Shown here: piece by piece, positions 1-9,755 of the stretch
How positions within the stretch are numbered: the first letter of the stretch is position 1
Layout of the letters: each line of letters opens with the position of its first letter
Assembly: GCA_035296065.1 (NCBI GenBank)
Contig: DATHBR010000035.1
Location: forward strand, 11,278-75,277
Reading direction: 5' to 3'
Source: Myxococcaceae bacterium
Lineage (GTDB): Bacteria > Myxococcota > Myxococcia > Myxococcales > Myxococcaceae
Length of the DNA: 64,000 nucleotides
The notes under the pieces: model-generated
Seen by the model: the letters and a program-made list of their open reading frames with translations, nothing else
What the model was told of the DNA's origin: nothing
Databases searched by the model: none
Position numbers and translations under genes: made by a program

Positions 1-475
1 CCCGCACCCGAGGCACTGTCACCAACCGCCGCAGCTTGAGTGTCTGGTCGCGCAGCACTCGCTCTACATCTGCGGCAGGCAGGCCCGTTACCACCACGGG
101 CGCCAGGGACTGACTGACGATTTCCTGCACGGCCCAGACCAGATCGAGGCGGCGCTCGAGGCGCTCCTCGATCTGCTGGATCATGCGTTCTGCAAGCCGC
201 CTGACGGCCTCGCCGTCCGACAGGCGGCGCATCTGTGCGTGCCACGCTGCCCGCACGTTCTTCCACGAGACAGGTTCACCCTTGCGGCCCCTCAGCAGAT
301 CCTCGAGCTTGTCCGGAAGCGTCTGATCCGCAAAGTCCAGGGTGTGAATCTTCTGTGCTGCCTCGGGCTCGAACACGCCCAACTGGCCCTCTCTAATCCA
401 GAAGACGCCCCCTTCTGCCTGGCTCCGGGTGCGCATCTCGCGAGCGAAGTCACTCTCCTCGAGTTCGGTAGCCAT
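1..475 (-). CDS. Cytochrome P450, second paralog (N-terminal ~158 aa in window; C-terminal part lies beyond the left edge)
   Basis: Hand-translated from the ATG at 473-475 on the minus strand (not in the ORF track because it runs off the window). The product begins MATELEESDFAREMRTRSQAEGGVFWIREGQLGVFEPEAAQKI. This aligns with the N-terminus of the P450 at 685-1821 (VEFEADPLRFLDQAVQNARDAFWLPGRRLCLVDPEASKAV). A GAGGA-like RBS lies upstream. Confidence 0.5.
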   Translation of the reverse strand, partial: MATELEESDFAREMRTRSQAEGGVFWIREGQLGVFEPEAAQKIHTLDFADQTLPDKLEDLLRGRKGEPVSWKNVRAAWHAQMRRLSDGEAVRRLAERMIQQIEERLERRLDLVWAVQEIVSQSLAPVVVTGLPAADVERVLRDQTLKLRRLVTVPRVR

Positions 476-533
476 ACGTCCTCTGTCCTGCGGGATGGAG
501 GCGGGAGTACCCCGCCCTCACCCATATGTGCTG

Positions 534-623
534 TTACAGATTCTTGTAGTTGAACCAGTACATCTTATTGCCCCCGGGACGAATCGCGAGCGCGGCCATG
601 ACGGCGCGGATCATCTTCTTCAT
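534..623 (-). CDS. Small 29-aa ORF MKKMIRAVMAALAIRPGGNKMYWFNYKNL, candidate RiPP precursor peptide with an aromatic core
   Basis: Strong SD (GGGAGGTG) 7 nt upstream of the ATG at 621-623, and a TAA stop at 534-536. It lies 58 nt upstream of a P450 start and immediately downstream of a paralogous P450. It has a hydrophobic leader and a Y-W-F-N-Y aromatic C-terminus. It was missed by the ORF track because of the size cutoff. Confidence 0.5.
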   Translation of the reverse strand: MKKMIRAVMAALAIRPGGNKMYWFNYKNL

Positions 624-684
624 GTGAGTCACCTCCCTTCCGTTCATGTGTTTCAGTTGTTTCACTGTTTCAACAGTATCACGT

Positions 685-1821
685 TTACTGAGAAAATGGG
701 GAGACCCTATTCATCACGAATTTCGGGGGTGCCAGCGCGGCGGCCACACAGGGGCGCGTGTCGTGAGGGGTAACCCTGAGCTGATGGCCCTCCAGCAGCA
801 GCCGCAGAATGTCTTCGACCAGCTCCAGCGCCAGCAGTGACGCGGGGCAGGTGTGCGGGCCCCAGCCAAAGGGCAGGAACGCCTGAGGATTCTTGAGGGT
901 GGCCCACCGCTCGGGCCGGAACCGGGCCGGCTCGTCCCAGTTGTTCGCGCTGCGCTGCATCGCGTACGGACAGACCACCACGGTGTCCCGAGGCGTGACG
1001 GCGATGCCGGCCACCTCGTGGTTCTTCGCGGGCCTGGCGCCCAGGAACCACGCCACCGGCCACAGCCGCAGCGCCTCGCGCACCACCCAGCCCGGTTGGG
1101 CGTCGGTGGGCGGATGGGTGCCCAACAGGTACACCGACCAGCCCAACAGCAACCCCATCGAGCCCACCACGGCGAACACGAACGACAGGAACACCTCCAC
1201 CAGATCCGCCGCCGGCGCGCCAGGCTCCGCCCCGCTGATCACCACGTCGAGCAGATCCGCGGGCTGGGTGATGCCCCGCGCGCGCCTCCGGGCGATCTCC
1301 TGCTTCAGCTCGCGCCCCACCCGGAAGCGGAACAGCGCGCGGCTGAGAAAGGAGTAGCGCTGCTTGGCTCCGGCGAGCACTCCGCGCCGGACCACTTGCT
1401 CCAACGTGTCGCGCAGCCGGGCCGGGCTGTCGGGCGCGAGCAGCACGTTGCCCAGGTGCCGGTACATGAGCCAGTTGCCCGCATCGGGCCACTCACTGGG
1501 CTGCTCCAGCACCTGTCCCACCGAGCTGGCCAACCTGCTGCCCTGCGCGTCCACGTAGTCGCGCAGCAGCGCGCGGCCCGCTCTGGCAATGCGCACCTGG
1601 GCCTCACGCGGACCGAACAGGCCGCGCCGGGTGTGGAAGAAGTCCCCGTGCTCCTCGTAGAGCCCCTCGCCGTTGGCCAGCACCGCCTTGGAGGCCTCGG
1701 GATCCACCAGGCACAGCCTGCGCCCCGGCAGCCAGAAGGCATCGCGCGCGTTCTGCACCGCCTGATCAAGGAAGCGCAGCGGGTCGGCCTCGAACTCGAC
1801 TGTGGGCTCTTGCGCGGCCAA
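685..1821 (-). CDS. Cytochrome P450
   Basis: Heme-thiolate loop FLPFGWGPHTCPA near the C-terminus and overall P450 length. Preferred start is the TTG at 1819-1821, preceded by AAGGAGG with 8-nt spacing, giving MAAQEPTVEFEADP, which aligns with the start of the paralog at 1-475. The upstream-most alternative is the TTG at 1911. Confidence 0.85.
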   Translation of the reverse strand: MAAQEPTVEFEADPLRFLDQAVQNARDAFWLPGRRLCLVDPEASKAVLANGEGLYEEHGDFFHTRRGLFGPREAQVRIARAGRALLRDYVDAQGSRLASSVGQVLEQPSEWPDAGNWLMYRHLGNVLLAPDSPARLRDTLEQVVRRGVLAGAKQRYSFLSRALFRFRVGRELKQEIARRRARGITQPADLLDVVISGAEPGAPAADLVEVFLSFVFAVVGSMGLLLGWSVYLLGTHPPTDAQPGWVVREALRLWPVAWFLGARPAKNHEVAGIAVTPRDTVVVCPYAMQRSANNWDEPARFRPERWATLKNPQAFLPFGWGPHTCPASLLALELVEDILRLLLEGHQLRVTPHDTRPCVAAALAPPKFVMNRVSPFSQ

Positions 1822-2030
1822 GGGGCACCCCTCCTTAAGGGGTTTCTCCGTCAGTAACGAGGACCACTCATTAACCGCTATCTCCGTTACGCCCGCTAGT
1901 ACTGCAAACAACGTGACAAGGGTCCAATCGCTGCTTTCTTGCCCAGTAAAACAGGTTTAAGCCTTGTTTCAGGTATGAATGAAGCCCTTAGTGTTTCATT
2001 TATGGGACCCAGGTTTTCGATTCCGGGAAA

Positions 2031-2070
2031 ATGAATACGTGAGCAATTGAATGAATACGTGAGCATTTGC
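2031..2070. promoter_or_regulatory. 20-bp tandem direct repeat (ATGAATACGTGAGCAATTGA / ATGAATACGTGAGCATTTGC) inside a ~200-bp AT-rich intergenic region upstream of the P450-peptide-P450 genes
   Basis: Seen directly in the sequence. The 1912-2110 region is far more AT-rich than the surrounding ~70% GC DNA. I infer a candidate operator or promoter. Confidence 0.4.
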
Positions 2071-2110
2071 TGGAGCCTTCGCACACGCTGCTCTGGAGTG
2101 GGGCCAAAGA

Positions 2111-2518
2111 CTACGGGCTGGGCTCCCACCAGGCGTGGAAGTGCACGTCCAGAGCAGGTGCCGCATAGCCGGTGGGAAGCTTTCCGAAGGGGGCCGCCTT
2201 CTTCACCGCCGCCAGCGCCGCCTCGTCCCACGTCTTCGAGCCCGACGAGGTGGTGAGCACCGCGCCCAGCAGTTGGCCATCCTTGCCCACGGTGATCTGC
2301 ACCACCGCGCGATGGCCCGGCTTGGGAGCATGTCTGGCCGCTGGCTGCCGGTACTGCTTGGCCACGCGCTCGAAGAACTTCTTCTGGTAGCTGGCGTCCG
2401 TGAGGGTGGCCTGGAAGAACATGTTCAGCTGCGCGCGCCCTCCCGCGGCCCGGGCCACCGGGGACACGGCGAGCGACAACGCGACAAAGGCGAGCACGAG
2501 GAGATGGAGGCGGGACAT
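2111..2518 (-). CDS. TonB C-terminal domain protein with signal peptide (136 aa)
   Basis: Internal start MSRLHLLVLAFVALSLAVSPVARA is a signal peptide. The C-terminus has the pattern [44 protein letters not shown], typical of the TonB C-terminal fold. The longer ORF (to 2890) would overlap the kinase gene. Confidence 0.6.
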   Translation of the reverse strand: MSRLHLLVLAFVALSLAVSPVARAAGGRAQLNMFFQATLTDASYQKKFFERVAKQYRQPAARHAPKPGHRAVVQITVGKDGQLLGAVLTTSSGSKTWDEAALAAVKKAAPFGKLPTGYAAPALDVHFHAWWEPSP

Positions 2519-2579
2519 GGGCCCAGCTAGATTGCCCCAACCACCACCTCGAGCGCGAGGGACTGGGAACGGGGGGCAA

Positions 2580-4160
2580 GTGCCTACGGCGGGCGGACCA
2601 TTCATCCTGGCCATCGATCTCGGTACCTCGGCCGTCAAGCTGGCAGCCATTGGCCTGCGTGGCTCCATCGTCGCCAGCCAGGTCGAGCCCACCCAGCTGT
2701 CCCTGCTGCCCAACGGCGGCGCCGAGCAGGATCCCGAGGACTGGTGGGCCGCCATCGTCCGGGGCACCCGGAAGCTGCTGGGCAGCGGCGCGGTGGCCGC
2801 CGGGGACTTCATTGGCGTCAACTGCAGCGCCCAGTGGGCCGGCACCGTCGCCGTGGACGAGCAGGGCCGCCCGCTGCGCCCCGCCATCATCTGGATGGAC
2901 TCGCGCGGGGCTTCTCACGTGCGGCGCGCCGCCCATGGCCTGCTGCCCATCGAGGGCTATGGCCTGCGCAAGCTGATGACGTGGATCCGGCTCACCGGCG
3001 GCGCGCCCAGCATGTCCGGCAAGGACTCGGTGGGCCACATCCTGTACCTTAAGCAGGCGCTGCCGGACATCTACCACGCCACCTACAAATTCCTCGAGCC
3101 CAAGGACTGGCTCAACCTGAAGCTGACGGGCCGGTTCGCCGCCTCGTATGACTCGATCAACGTGCACTGGGTCACCGACAACCGGGACCTGTCCCGGGTG
3201 CGCTACGACGAGCGGCTGCTGCGCATCTCCGGGCTGCCGCGCGAGAAGCTGCCAGAGCTGGTGCCCCCCGCCACCGTGCTGGGCCCGCTGAGCCCCGAGG
3301 CCGCGCGGGTGCTGGGCCTGGGCGAGCATGTGCAGGTGGCCACCGGCAGCCCGGACATCCTCGCCGGCGCGGTGGGCTCGGGCGCGGTGCGCGACTTCGA
3401 GGCTCACCTCTGTATTGGCACCTCGGCGTGGCTCAGCTGCCATGTGCCCTTCAAGAAGACCGACCTGCTGCACCAGATGGGCACCATGCCCTCGGCGCTG
3501 CCGGGCCGCTACCTGCTCGTCAACGAGCAGGACTCGGCGGGCGTGTGCCTCACCTCGCTCAAGAACCTGCTCTTCGGAGCGCCTGACGCCAGCGCTCCGC
3601 CGGACGTCTTCGAGCTCATGGAGCGCGAGGCCGAGCGCGTGCCCGCCGGCAGCGAGCAGCTCATCTTCATGCCGTGGCTCAATGGCGAGCGCTCCCCCAT
3701 CGAGGACCGGCTGACGGGGGGCGGGTTCTTCAACCAGACGCTGCAGACAACGCGGGGACACCTGGTGCGCGCGGTGCTCGAGGGCGTGGCCTACAACGCC
3801 CGCTGGCTGCTCAAGTACGTGGAGCCCCTCATCGGCCGGAAGCTGGAGGGCATCCGGCTGATTGGCGGCGGCGCCCGCTCGAAGCTGTGGTGTCAGATCC
3901 TCGCCGACGTGCTGGACCGGCCCATTCACCAGGTGGACGAGCCGGTGATGGCCAACGCCCGGGGCGCCGCGTTCCAGGCGGGCCTGGCCCTGGGGCGCCT
4001 GACGGTGAGCGAGATCTCCGGGCTGGTCCCCATCGCCCACACCTACTCTCCCAACCCCCAGCACCGCGGGCTCTACGATGAGCTGTTCGGCGAGTTCCTG
4101 AACCTCTACAAGAGCAACAAGGCCATCTTCGCGCGGCTCAACCGGGCCCGCGGCACCTGA
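2580..4160 (+). CDS. FGGY-family carbohydrate kinase (xylulokinase-like)
   Basis: N-terminal [12 protein letters not shown] motif, ~527 aa, with FGGY N and C domains. Start is placed at the in-frame GTG at 2580, 9 aa before the IDLGTS motif. The ORF track extends it to 2400. Confidence 0.85.
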   Translation: MPTAGGPFILAIDLGTSAVKLAAIGLRGSIVASQVEPTQLSLLPNGGAEQDPEDWWAAIVRGTRKLLGSGAVAAGDFIGVNCSAQWAGTVAVDEQGRPLRPAIIWMDSRGASHVRRAAHGLLPIEGYGLRKLMTWIRLTGGAPSMSGKDSVGHILYLKQALPDIYHATYKFLEPKDWLNLKLTGRFAASYDSINVHWVTDNRDLSRVRYDERLLRISGLPREKLPELVPPATVLGPLSPEAARVLGLGEHVQVATGSPDILAGAVGSGAVRDFEAHLCIGTSAWLSCHVPFKKTDLLHQMGTMPSALPGRYLLVNEQDSAGVCLTSLKNLLFGAPDASAPPDVFELMEREAERVPAGSEQLIFMPWLNGERSPIEDRLTGGGFFNQTLQTTRGHLVRAVLEGVAYNARWLLKYVEPLIGRKLEGIRLIGGGARSKLWCQILADVLDRPIHQVDEPVMANARGAAFQAGLALGRLTVSEISGLVPIAHTYSPNPQHRGLYDELFGEFLNLYKSNKAIFARLNRARGT

Positions 4161-4200
4161 AGCCCGGCGCACCCGCGCGTCCGCCATTAGGAAGGAAGCC

Positions 4201-5721
4201 ATGGCGCTGCCTGATCTCGACCTGCTGAACCACCTTCCCCCCCGACTGCTCGCGATAGCCGAGCGCTACCTCAAGGCGATTCCCGGTGTGCGCAGCCGCC
4301 TGGACCAGGAGACCGGCTCGCTGCTCGCCGACCTGGAGAGCAGCCTCAAGCCCTACCGCGAGAAGGTGCCCACCTTCGACCGGCTGCCCGCGCAGGGCCG
4401 CCCCCGCGACGAGGTGCTCCGCGAGCTGGCGCACCTGGAGTCCCACGAGCAGGACAAGTGGCGCCAGGGGCGCGTGTCCGGCGCCGTGTACCACGGGGCC
4501 GAGGACCACATCGACTTCGTCAACGAGGTGTACGCGCTGCACTCGCAGAGCAACCCCCTGCACGCGGACCTGTGGCCCAGCGCCACCAAGTTCGAGGCCG
4601 AGGTGGTGGCGATGACCGCCAACATGCTCGGCGCCACCGAGGCCACCGCCGGCAAGCCCGCCGAGGAGCACATCTGCGGCTCGCTCTCCTCGGGCGGCAC
4701 CGAGAGCATCATGCTGGCCATGAAGACGTACCGGGACTGGGCCCGCGCCACCCGGCGCATCACCCGGCCGGAGATGATCGCCCCGGCCAGCGCGCACCCG
4801 GCGTTCGACAAGGCCGCGCACTACTTCGGCATCAAGATGGTGCGCGTGCCCGTGGCCCCGGACTACCGCGCGGACGTGGCCGCCACGCGCAAGGCCATCA
4901 CCCGCAACACCATCGTGCTGGTGGGCTCGGCGCCGTCGTTCCCCCATGGCGTCATTGATCCCATCGAAGAGCTGTCGGAGCTGGCGCGCAAGCGCGGCCT
5001 GGGGTTCCACACCGACGCGTGCCTGGGGGGCTTCGTGCTGCCGTGGGCCAGGAGGCTGGGTTACCCGGTGCCGCCGTTCGACTTCCGGCTGCCCGGGGTG
5101 ACGACGATGTCCGCGGACACCCACAAGTTCGGCTACGCCGCCAAGGGCACCTCGGTGGTGCTGTACCGGGGCACGGAGCTGCGCTCGCACCAGTACTTCA
5201 CCGCCACCGAGTGGCCCGGCGGCATCTACTTCTCTCCCACCTTCTCGGGCAGCCGGCCCGGGGGGCTCATCGCCGCCGCCTGGGCCACCCTGGTGACGAT
5301 GGGCGAAGAGGGCTACCTGGAGGCCTCGCGCCGCATCCTCGAGACGGCCACCGCCATCAAGCGCGGCATCCAGGCGATGCCGGACCTGTACGTGCTGGGC
5401 GATCCCCTGTTCGTCATCGCGTTCGCCTCGCGCACGGTGGACATCTTCAAGGTGATGGAGCGCATGAGCGCCCTTGGGTGGAGCCTCAACGGGCTGCACA
5501 AGCCCTCGGCAGTTCACCTGTGCGTGACATTGCGACACGCACAACCCGGGGTGGCGGACAAGTTCCTGGAGGATCTCCGGGCGGCGGTGGAGCATGTGCG
5601 TGCCCACCCGAGCGAGAAAGGGACGATGGCCCCCGTCTATGGCATGGCTGCCACGGTGCCCTTCCGGGGTCTGTTGAGCGATCTGCTCAAGAAGTACATG
5701 GACCTGCTCTATAAAGTCTAA
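4201..5721 (+). CDS. PLP-dependent group II decarboxylase-fold enzyme, sphingosine-1-phosphate lyase-like
   Basis: 506 aa. Resembles S1P lyase / glutamate decarboxylase family proteins across its full length (N-terminal region ...[32 protein letters not shown]...; I infer the PLP lysine lies in the FGYAAKG region). AGGAAGGA RBS before the ATG at 4201. Confidence 0.85.
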   Translation: MALPDLDLLNHLPPRLLAIAERYLKAIPGVRSRLDQETGSLLADLESSLKPYREKVPTFDRLPAQGRPRDEVLRELAHLESHEQDKWRQGRVSGAVYHGAEDHIDFVNEVYALHSQSNPLHADLWPSATKFEAEVVAMTANMLGATEATAGKPAEEHICGSLSSGGTESIMLAMKTYRDWARATRRITRPEMIAPASAHPAFDKAAHYFGIKMVRVPVAPDYRADVAATRKAITRNTIVLVGSAPSFPHGVIDPIEELSELARKRGLGFHTDACLGGFVLPWARRLGYPVPPFDFRLPGVTTMSADTHKFGYAAKGTSVVLYRGTELRSHQYFTATEWPGGIYFSPTFSGSRPGGLIAAAWATLVTMGEEGYLEASRRILETATAIKRGIQAMPDLYVLGDPLFVIAFASRTVDIFKVMERMSALGWSLNGLHKPSAVHLCVTLRHAQPGVADKFLEDLRAAVEHVRAHPSEKGTMAPVYGMAATVPFRGLLSDLLKKYMDLLYKV

Positions 5722-5723
5722 CT

Positions 5724-7466
5724 GTGCTCGATCTCCTCTCCCTGGCGAGGGCGGCTCGCGATCTGTCCCGCGAGCAGACCCTCGGTGAACTTCACCAGAC
5801 GATCCTGCGTCTCGTCCGGGAGAGCACGGGAGCCCGGTATACCGCGCTGCTGAGCCTCCACGAGGGCCAGGAGTGGGAAGTCCTTTGCCAGTTGGAGGAC
5901 GCCCCGCGCACCCCCGCGGCGCTGCCCGTGGGCGTGCTGGAGCAGGCCCGCACCACCCAGGTGCCCGTGGTGCAGGCCGAGGCGCAGTGCCATCCCCTGG
6001 TTCATCGCGGCCGTTCGCATGGGCTGCTCTACCTGGAGCGGCCCACGGGCAGCGCGCCCCTGGAGGAGAGGCGTCAGGCGGTGCTGGAGCTGCTGATCAA
6101 CCAGGCCTCGCTCGTGCTGGACAATGCCTACCTGCGTCAGCACGCGACCGCGCACCGGTTGTCCGAGGAGCGCTCGCGCCGCGAGACGCTGGTCGCCAAG
6201 TACCAGCTCCAGGAGCTCATCGAGCACTCCCCCGCCGCCATCTATGTGAAGGATAGCGAGGGCCGCTACCGCGTCATCAACAGCCGCTTCGAGTCCGCCT
6301 ACGGTATCGCTCGCGAGCAGATCCTGGGCCGCACGGACCTGGAGCTGTCGGAGTCCGAGCACGCCCGGCAGCTGATGGAGAATGATCAGCGCGTCCTGGC
6401 CAGCGGCCTCACCTCTCAGTTCGAGGAGAGCCTGGCGGTGCGGGGGGAGCTGCGCACGTACATCTCGGTGAAGTTTCCCCTGCGCTCGGAGGATGGGAGC
6501 ACTCACTCCGTCTGCGGCATCTCCACGGACATCACCGATCGCAAGCGGGCCGAGCAGGCGCTGCAGCAGGCCAATGAGCAGCTGGAGCAGCGGGTGTCCG
6601 AGCGCACCACGCAGCTGCACTCGGCGCAGAAGGAGCTGCTGGATCGCGCCCGGCACGCGGGCATGGCGGAGATCGCCAGCAGCATCCTGCACAACCTGGG
6701 CAATGCGCTCACCGGCATCACCGTGAGCAGCGCGCTGCTGCGCGAGCGCGTTCAGGGGCTGCCCATCGGCTCACTGGAGCGGCTGGCCACGCTGATGGAC
6801 CGCTCGCCCGAGGCGCTGGGCGCGTTCCTGGCGCACGACGAGAAGGGCCGGCACGTGCCGGAGTTCCTCAAGAAGCTGCGCGCGCGGTTCGCCGAGGAGC
6901 GGCAGCTGCTGCTCGAGGAGTGCGCGGCGATGGCGGGCAAGGTCGAGCGCGCCAACAGCGTGATCGCCGCGCAGCAGACGTATGCGCGCAACCGGATCAC
7001 GCTGCGCGAGACGCTGCGGCTCAGTGAGCTGGCCGAGGACGCGCTGCGCCTGGCGGGGATCTCCGAGGGGTTCGACGAAGTCATCCACCGTGAGTACGGC
7101 CCGGAGGAGCCGGGGCTGTACGAGCGCCACGTCATCATGCAGATCCTCGTGAACCTGATCGCCAACGCGAAGAACGCGGTGCGCGAGCGGGGGCAGGGGC
7201 CTGCGGCGCGCATCACCCTGACGGTGCACCAGGACGAGAACCGGACGTCGGTGACGGTGAGCGACAACGGCATCGGGTTCGACGAGCGCGTCAAGGCGCG
7301 CCTGTTCACCTATGGGTTCACCACCCGGCCCAAGGCGCACGGCTTCGGGCTGCACAGCGCCGCGCTGAGCGCGCAGTCGCTGGGTGGGCACATCGACGCG
7401 CACAGTGACGGGCCCGGCAAGGGCGCGCGCTTCGAGCTCATCCTTCCGAGGACCCGGGCGGAGTAG
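5724..7466 (+). CDS. Sensor histidine kinase (GAF - PAS - HisKA - HATPase)
   Basis: N-terminal GAF-like region, PAS (IEHSPAAIYVKDSEGRYRVINSRFESAYGI), H-box (MAEIASSILHNLGNAL), and ATPase G-boxes (GIGFDE, GFGLHSA). Confidence 0.9.
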   Translation: MLDLLSLARAARDLSREQTLGELHQTILRLVRESTGARYTALLSLHEGQEWEVLCQLEDAPRTPAALPVGVLEQARTTQVPVVQAEAQCHPLVHRGRSHGLLYLERPTGSAPLEERRQAVLELLINQASLVLDNAYLRQHATAHRLSEERSRRETLVAKYQLQELIEHSPAAIYVKDSEGRYRVINSRFESAYGIAREQILGRTDLELSESEHARQLMENDQRVLASGLTSQFEESLAVRGELRTYISVKFPLRSEDGSTHSVCGISTDITDRKRAEQALQQANEQLEQRVSERTTQLHSAQKELLDRARHAGMAEIASSILHNLGNALTGITVSSALLRERVQGLPIGSLERLATLMDRSPEALGAFLAHDEKGRHVPEFLKKLRARFAEERQLLLEECAAMAGKVERANSVIAAQQTYARNRITLRETLRLSELAEDALRLAGISEGFDEVIHREYGPEEPGLYERHVIMQILVNLIANAKNAVRERGQGPAARITLTVHQDENRTSVTVSDNGIGFDERVKARLFTYGFTTRPKAHGFGLHSAALSAQSLGGHIDAHSDGPGKGARFELILPRTRAE

Positions 7467-7944
7467 CTTCCGGGACTTCCCGCGTCATCTCCACCATCGT
7501 GGGGCGCCAACCGAGCCTCGCGAAGAAGCGCTGCGCTGGCTCGTTCTTCGCCGCGCTCATGAGGATGACGCGGGGAACGCCCAGCTCGGCGAAGCGCTTC
7601 AGCAGCGCCTGGGCCAGCAGCGTCCCCGCGCCCGTGCCCCGCGCGCCCTCGTCCACCCAGATGTCGTGTAGCCCGCCGTGCCGGTCTCTCAGCGTGGCCC
7701 AGTCGCGCGCTTCGACTCGCCCGTAGACGTAGCCAATCACTTCGCCGTCCCGCTCCGCGACCAGCACCACCGCTTCCTTCGCCCGCAGCTCCTTGCCCAG
7801 CCACCAGCGGTAGCCCGACTCCACGTCCTCCGGCAGCATGAAGCGCCGCGCGTCGAAGCCGTGGTGCTGCCTCACCAGCGCGGCGCCCATACGGCCCAGG
7901 GCCTCCGCGTCCGCGGGTCTGGCGGGACGAACCGTGATCGTCAT
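7438..7944 (-). CDS. GNAT family N-acetyltransferase
   Basis: 168 aa with an acetyl-CoA binding motif (RGTGAGTLL) and GNAT fold length. Converges with the kinase with a 29-nt overlap. Confidence 0.85.
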   Translation of the reverse strand: MTITVRPARPADAEALGRMGAALVRQHHGFDARRFMLPEDVESGYRWWLGKELRAKEAVVLVAERDGEVIGYVYGRVEARDWATLRDRHGGLHDIWVDEGARGTGAGTLLAQALLKRFAELGVPRVILMSAAKNEPAQRFFARLGWRPTMVEMTREVPEATPPGSSEG

Positions 7945-7954
7945 GGCCGACGCC

Positions 7955-9592
7955 CTACGCTCGCGAGAACGCCTCGCTCACGATCGCGCGCGCCTCCTCC
8001 ACCACCGCGTCCAGGTGCGCCTTGTCACGGAAGCTCTCCGCGTAGATCTTGTACACGTCCTCCGTGCCCGAAGGCCGTGCCGCGAACCACCCGTTCTCCG
8101 TCACCACCTTCAGCCCGCCGATCTCCGCGTTGTTCCCCGGCGCCTTCGTCAGCCGCTGGGTAATCGGCTCGCCCGCCAACGTGGTGGCCTTCACCGCCTC
8201 CGGCGACAGCTTCTTGAGCACCGCCTTCTGCGCTGACGTCGCCGGCTGATCGATGCGCGTGTACAGCGGCGCGCTGAACCTCGCCGTCAGCTCCGCGTAA
8301 TGCGCTCCCGGATCCTTCCCCGTGCGCGCCAGGATCTCCACCGCCAGCAGATCCAGGATGATGCCGTCCTTGTCCGTGGACCACACCGTGCCATCCCGCC
8401 GCAGGAACGACGCTCCGGCGCTCTCCTCGCCCCCGAACCCCAGCGAGCCGTCCAGCAGCCCGTCCACGAACCACTTGAACCCCACCGGCACTTCCACCAC
8501 CCGGCGGCCCAGATCCTTCGCCACCCGGTCGATCATGCTGCTGCTCACCAGCGTCTTGCCTACCGCCGCCTCCGCCTTCCACCCGGGCCGGTTGCGGAAC
8601 AGGTACGAGATCGCCACCGCCAGGTAGTGGTTCGGGTTCATCAACCCCACGCTGCGCGTGACGATGCCGTGGCGATCCGAGTCCGTGTCATTGCCGAACG
8701 CGATGTCGTACTTGTCTTTGAGCGCCACCAGGCTCGCCATGGCGTACGGCGACGAGCAGTCCATGCGGATCTTCCCGTCATGGTCCAGCGTCATGAACCG
8801 GAACGTCGGATCCACCTTCGGGTTCACCACCTGCAGGTTCAGCCCGTAGCGCTCCGCGATGGGCTTCCAGTAGTCCAGGTTCGAGCCGCCCAGCGGATCC
8901 GCGCCGATGGACAGCTTCGCCCCCCGGATGACCTCCAGGTCCACCACGTTGCCCAGATCCGCCACGTACGGCGTGATGAAGTCATACGTGCGCAGGTGCA
9001 ACGCGGCCCGCGCCTTCTCGTACGCCAGCCGCTCCACGCCCTTGTTGCCACCGCCGAGCAATTCGTTGGCGCGCTTCTCGATCCACGCGGTGATCTTCGT
9101 GTCCGCCGGGCCGCCGTTGGGCGGGTTGTACTTGATGCCTCCGTCCTCGGGCGGGTTGTGCGAGGGGGTGATCACCACCCCGTCCGCCAGCCCCGTGCTC
9201 TTGCCCCGGTTGTACGTGAGGATCGCGTGCGAGATGACCGGCGTGGGCGTGGCCCCGTCCGTGTAGCGCACCTGCACCCCGTTGGCCGCCAGCACCTCCA
9301 GCACCGTGCGCTGCGCCGGCTCGGACAGCGCGTGCGTGTCCATGCCCAGGAACAGCGGGCCGTCGATGCGCTCCTGCTTGCGGTACTCGCAGACGGCCTG
9401 CGTCACCGCGAGGATGTGCGCCTCGTTGAAGCTGCGCCGCGCCGCCGAGCCCCGGTGGCCCGAGGTGCCGAACGCGACACGCTGCTCGGGCTCCCGGACG
9501 TCGGGTTGCTCCGAGTAGTACTGCGTACGCAGCGTCTCGGGGTTGATGAGGAAGGAGTCAGGCGGGGGCTTGCCAGCGAGAGGATGGGGCAC
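7955..9592 (-). CDS. pgm: Phosphoglucomutase, alpha-D-glucose phosphate-specific
   Basis: GTSGHRG active-site serine loop. The N-terminus ([15 protein letters not shown]) aligns with E. coli Pgm. 545 aa, GTG start. Confidence 0.9.
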   Translation of the reverse strand: MPHPLAGKPPPDSFLINPETLRTQYYSEQPDVREPEQRVAFGTSGHRGSAARRSFNEAHILAVTQAVCEYRKQERIDGPLFLGMDTHALSEPAQRTVLEVLAANGVQVRYTDGATPTPVISHAILTYNRGKSTGLADGVVITPSHNPPEDGGIKYNPPNGGPADTKITAWIEKRANELLGGGNKGVERLAYEKARAALHLRTYDFITPYVADLGNVVDLEVIRGAKLSIGADPLGGSNLDYWKPIAERYGLNLQVVNPKVDPTFRFMTLDHDGKIRMDCSSPYAMASLVALKDKYDIAFGNDTDSDRHGIVTRSVGLMNPNHYLAVAISYLFRNRPGWKAEAAVGKTLVSSSMIDRVAKDLGRRVVEVPVGFKWFVDGLLDGSLGFGGEESAGASFLRRDGTVWSTDKDGIILDLLAVEILARTGKDPGAHYAELTARFSAPLYTRIDQPATSAQKAVLKKLSPEAVKATTLAGEPITQRLTKAPGNNAEIGGLKVVTENGWFAARPSGTEDVYKIYAESFRDKAHLDAVVEEARAIVSEAFSRA

Positions 9593-9755
9593 GAGCCGGG
9601 ATGTTACGTGCCGCCCACCGCCCGTCAGGCGAGAAGTGGCGCTCCGGCAGAAAAACGTCCACTTTCAGGGGGTTGCAAAGCCCTGCAATGGTGGGGCCTT
9701 TCGATCGTAAGGTGGGGGAGGACCTCTCACGGTCCCCGCCAAGGAGCCGCGCGCA

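Noticed and set aside
1896-4202. 768-aa ORF on the minus strand
   Set aside because: It is antisense to the FGGY kinase. Its R/G/A/P-rich low-complexity composition is typical of high-GC shadow ORFs. No domain-like motifs.
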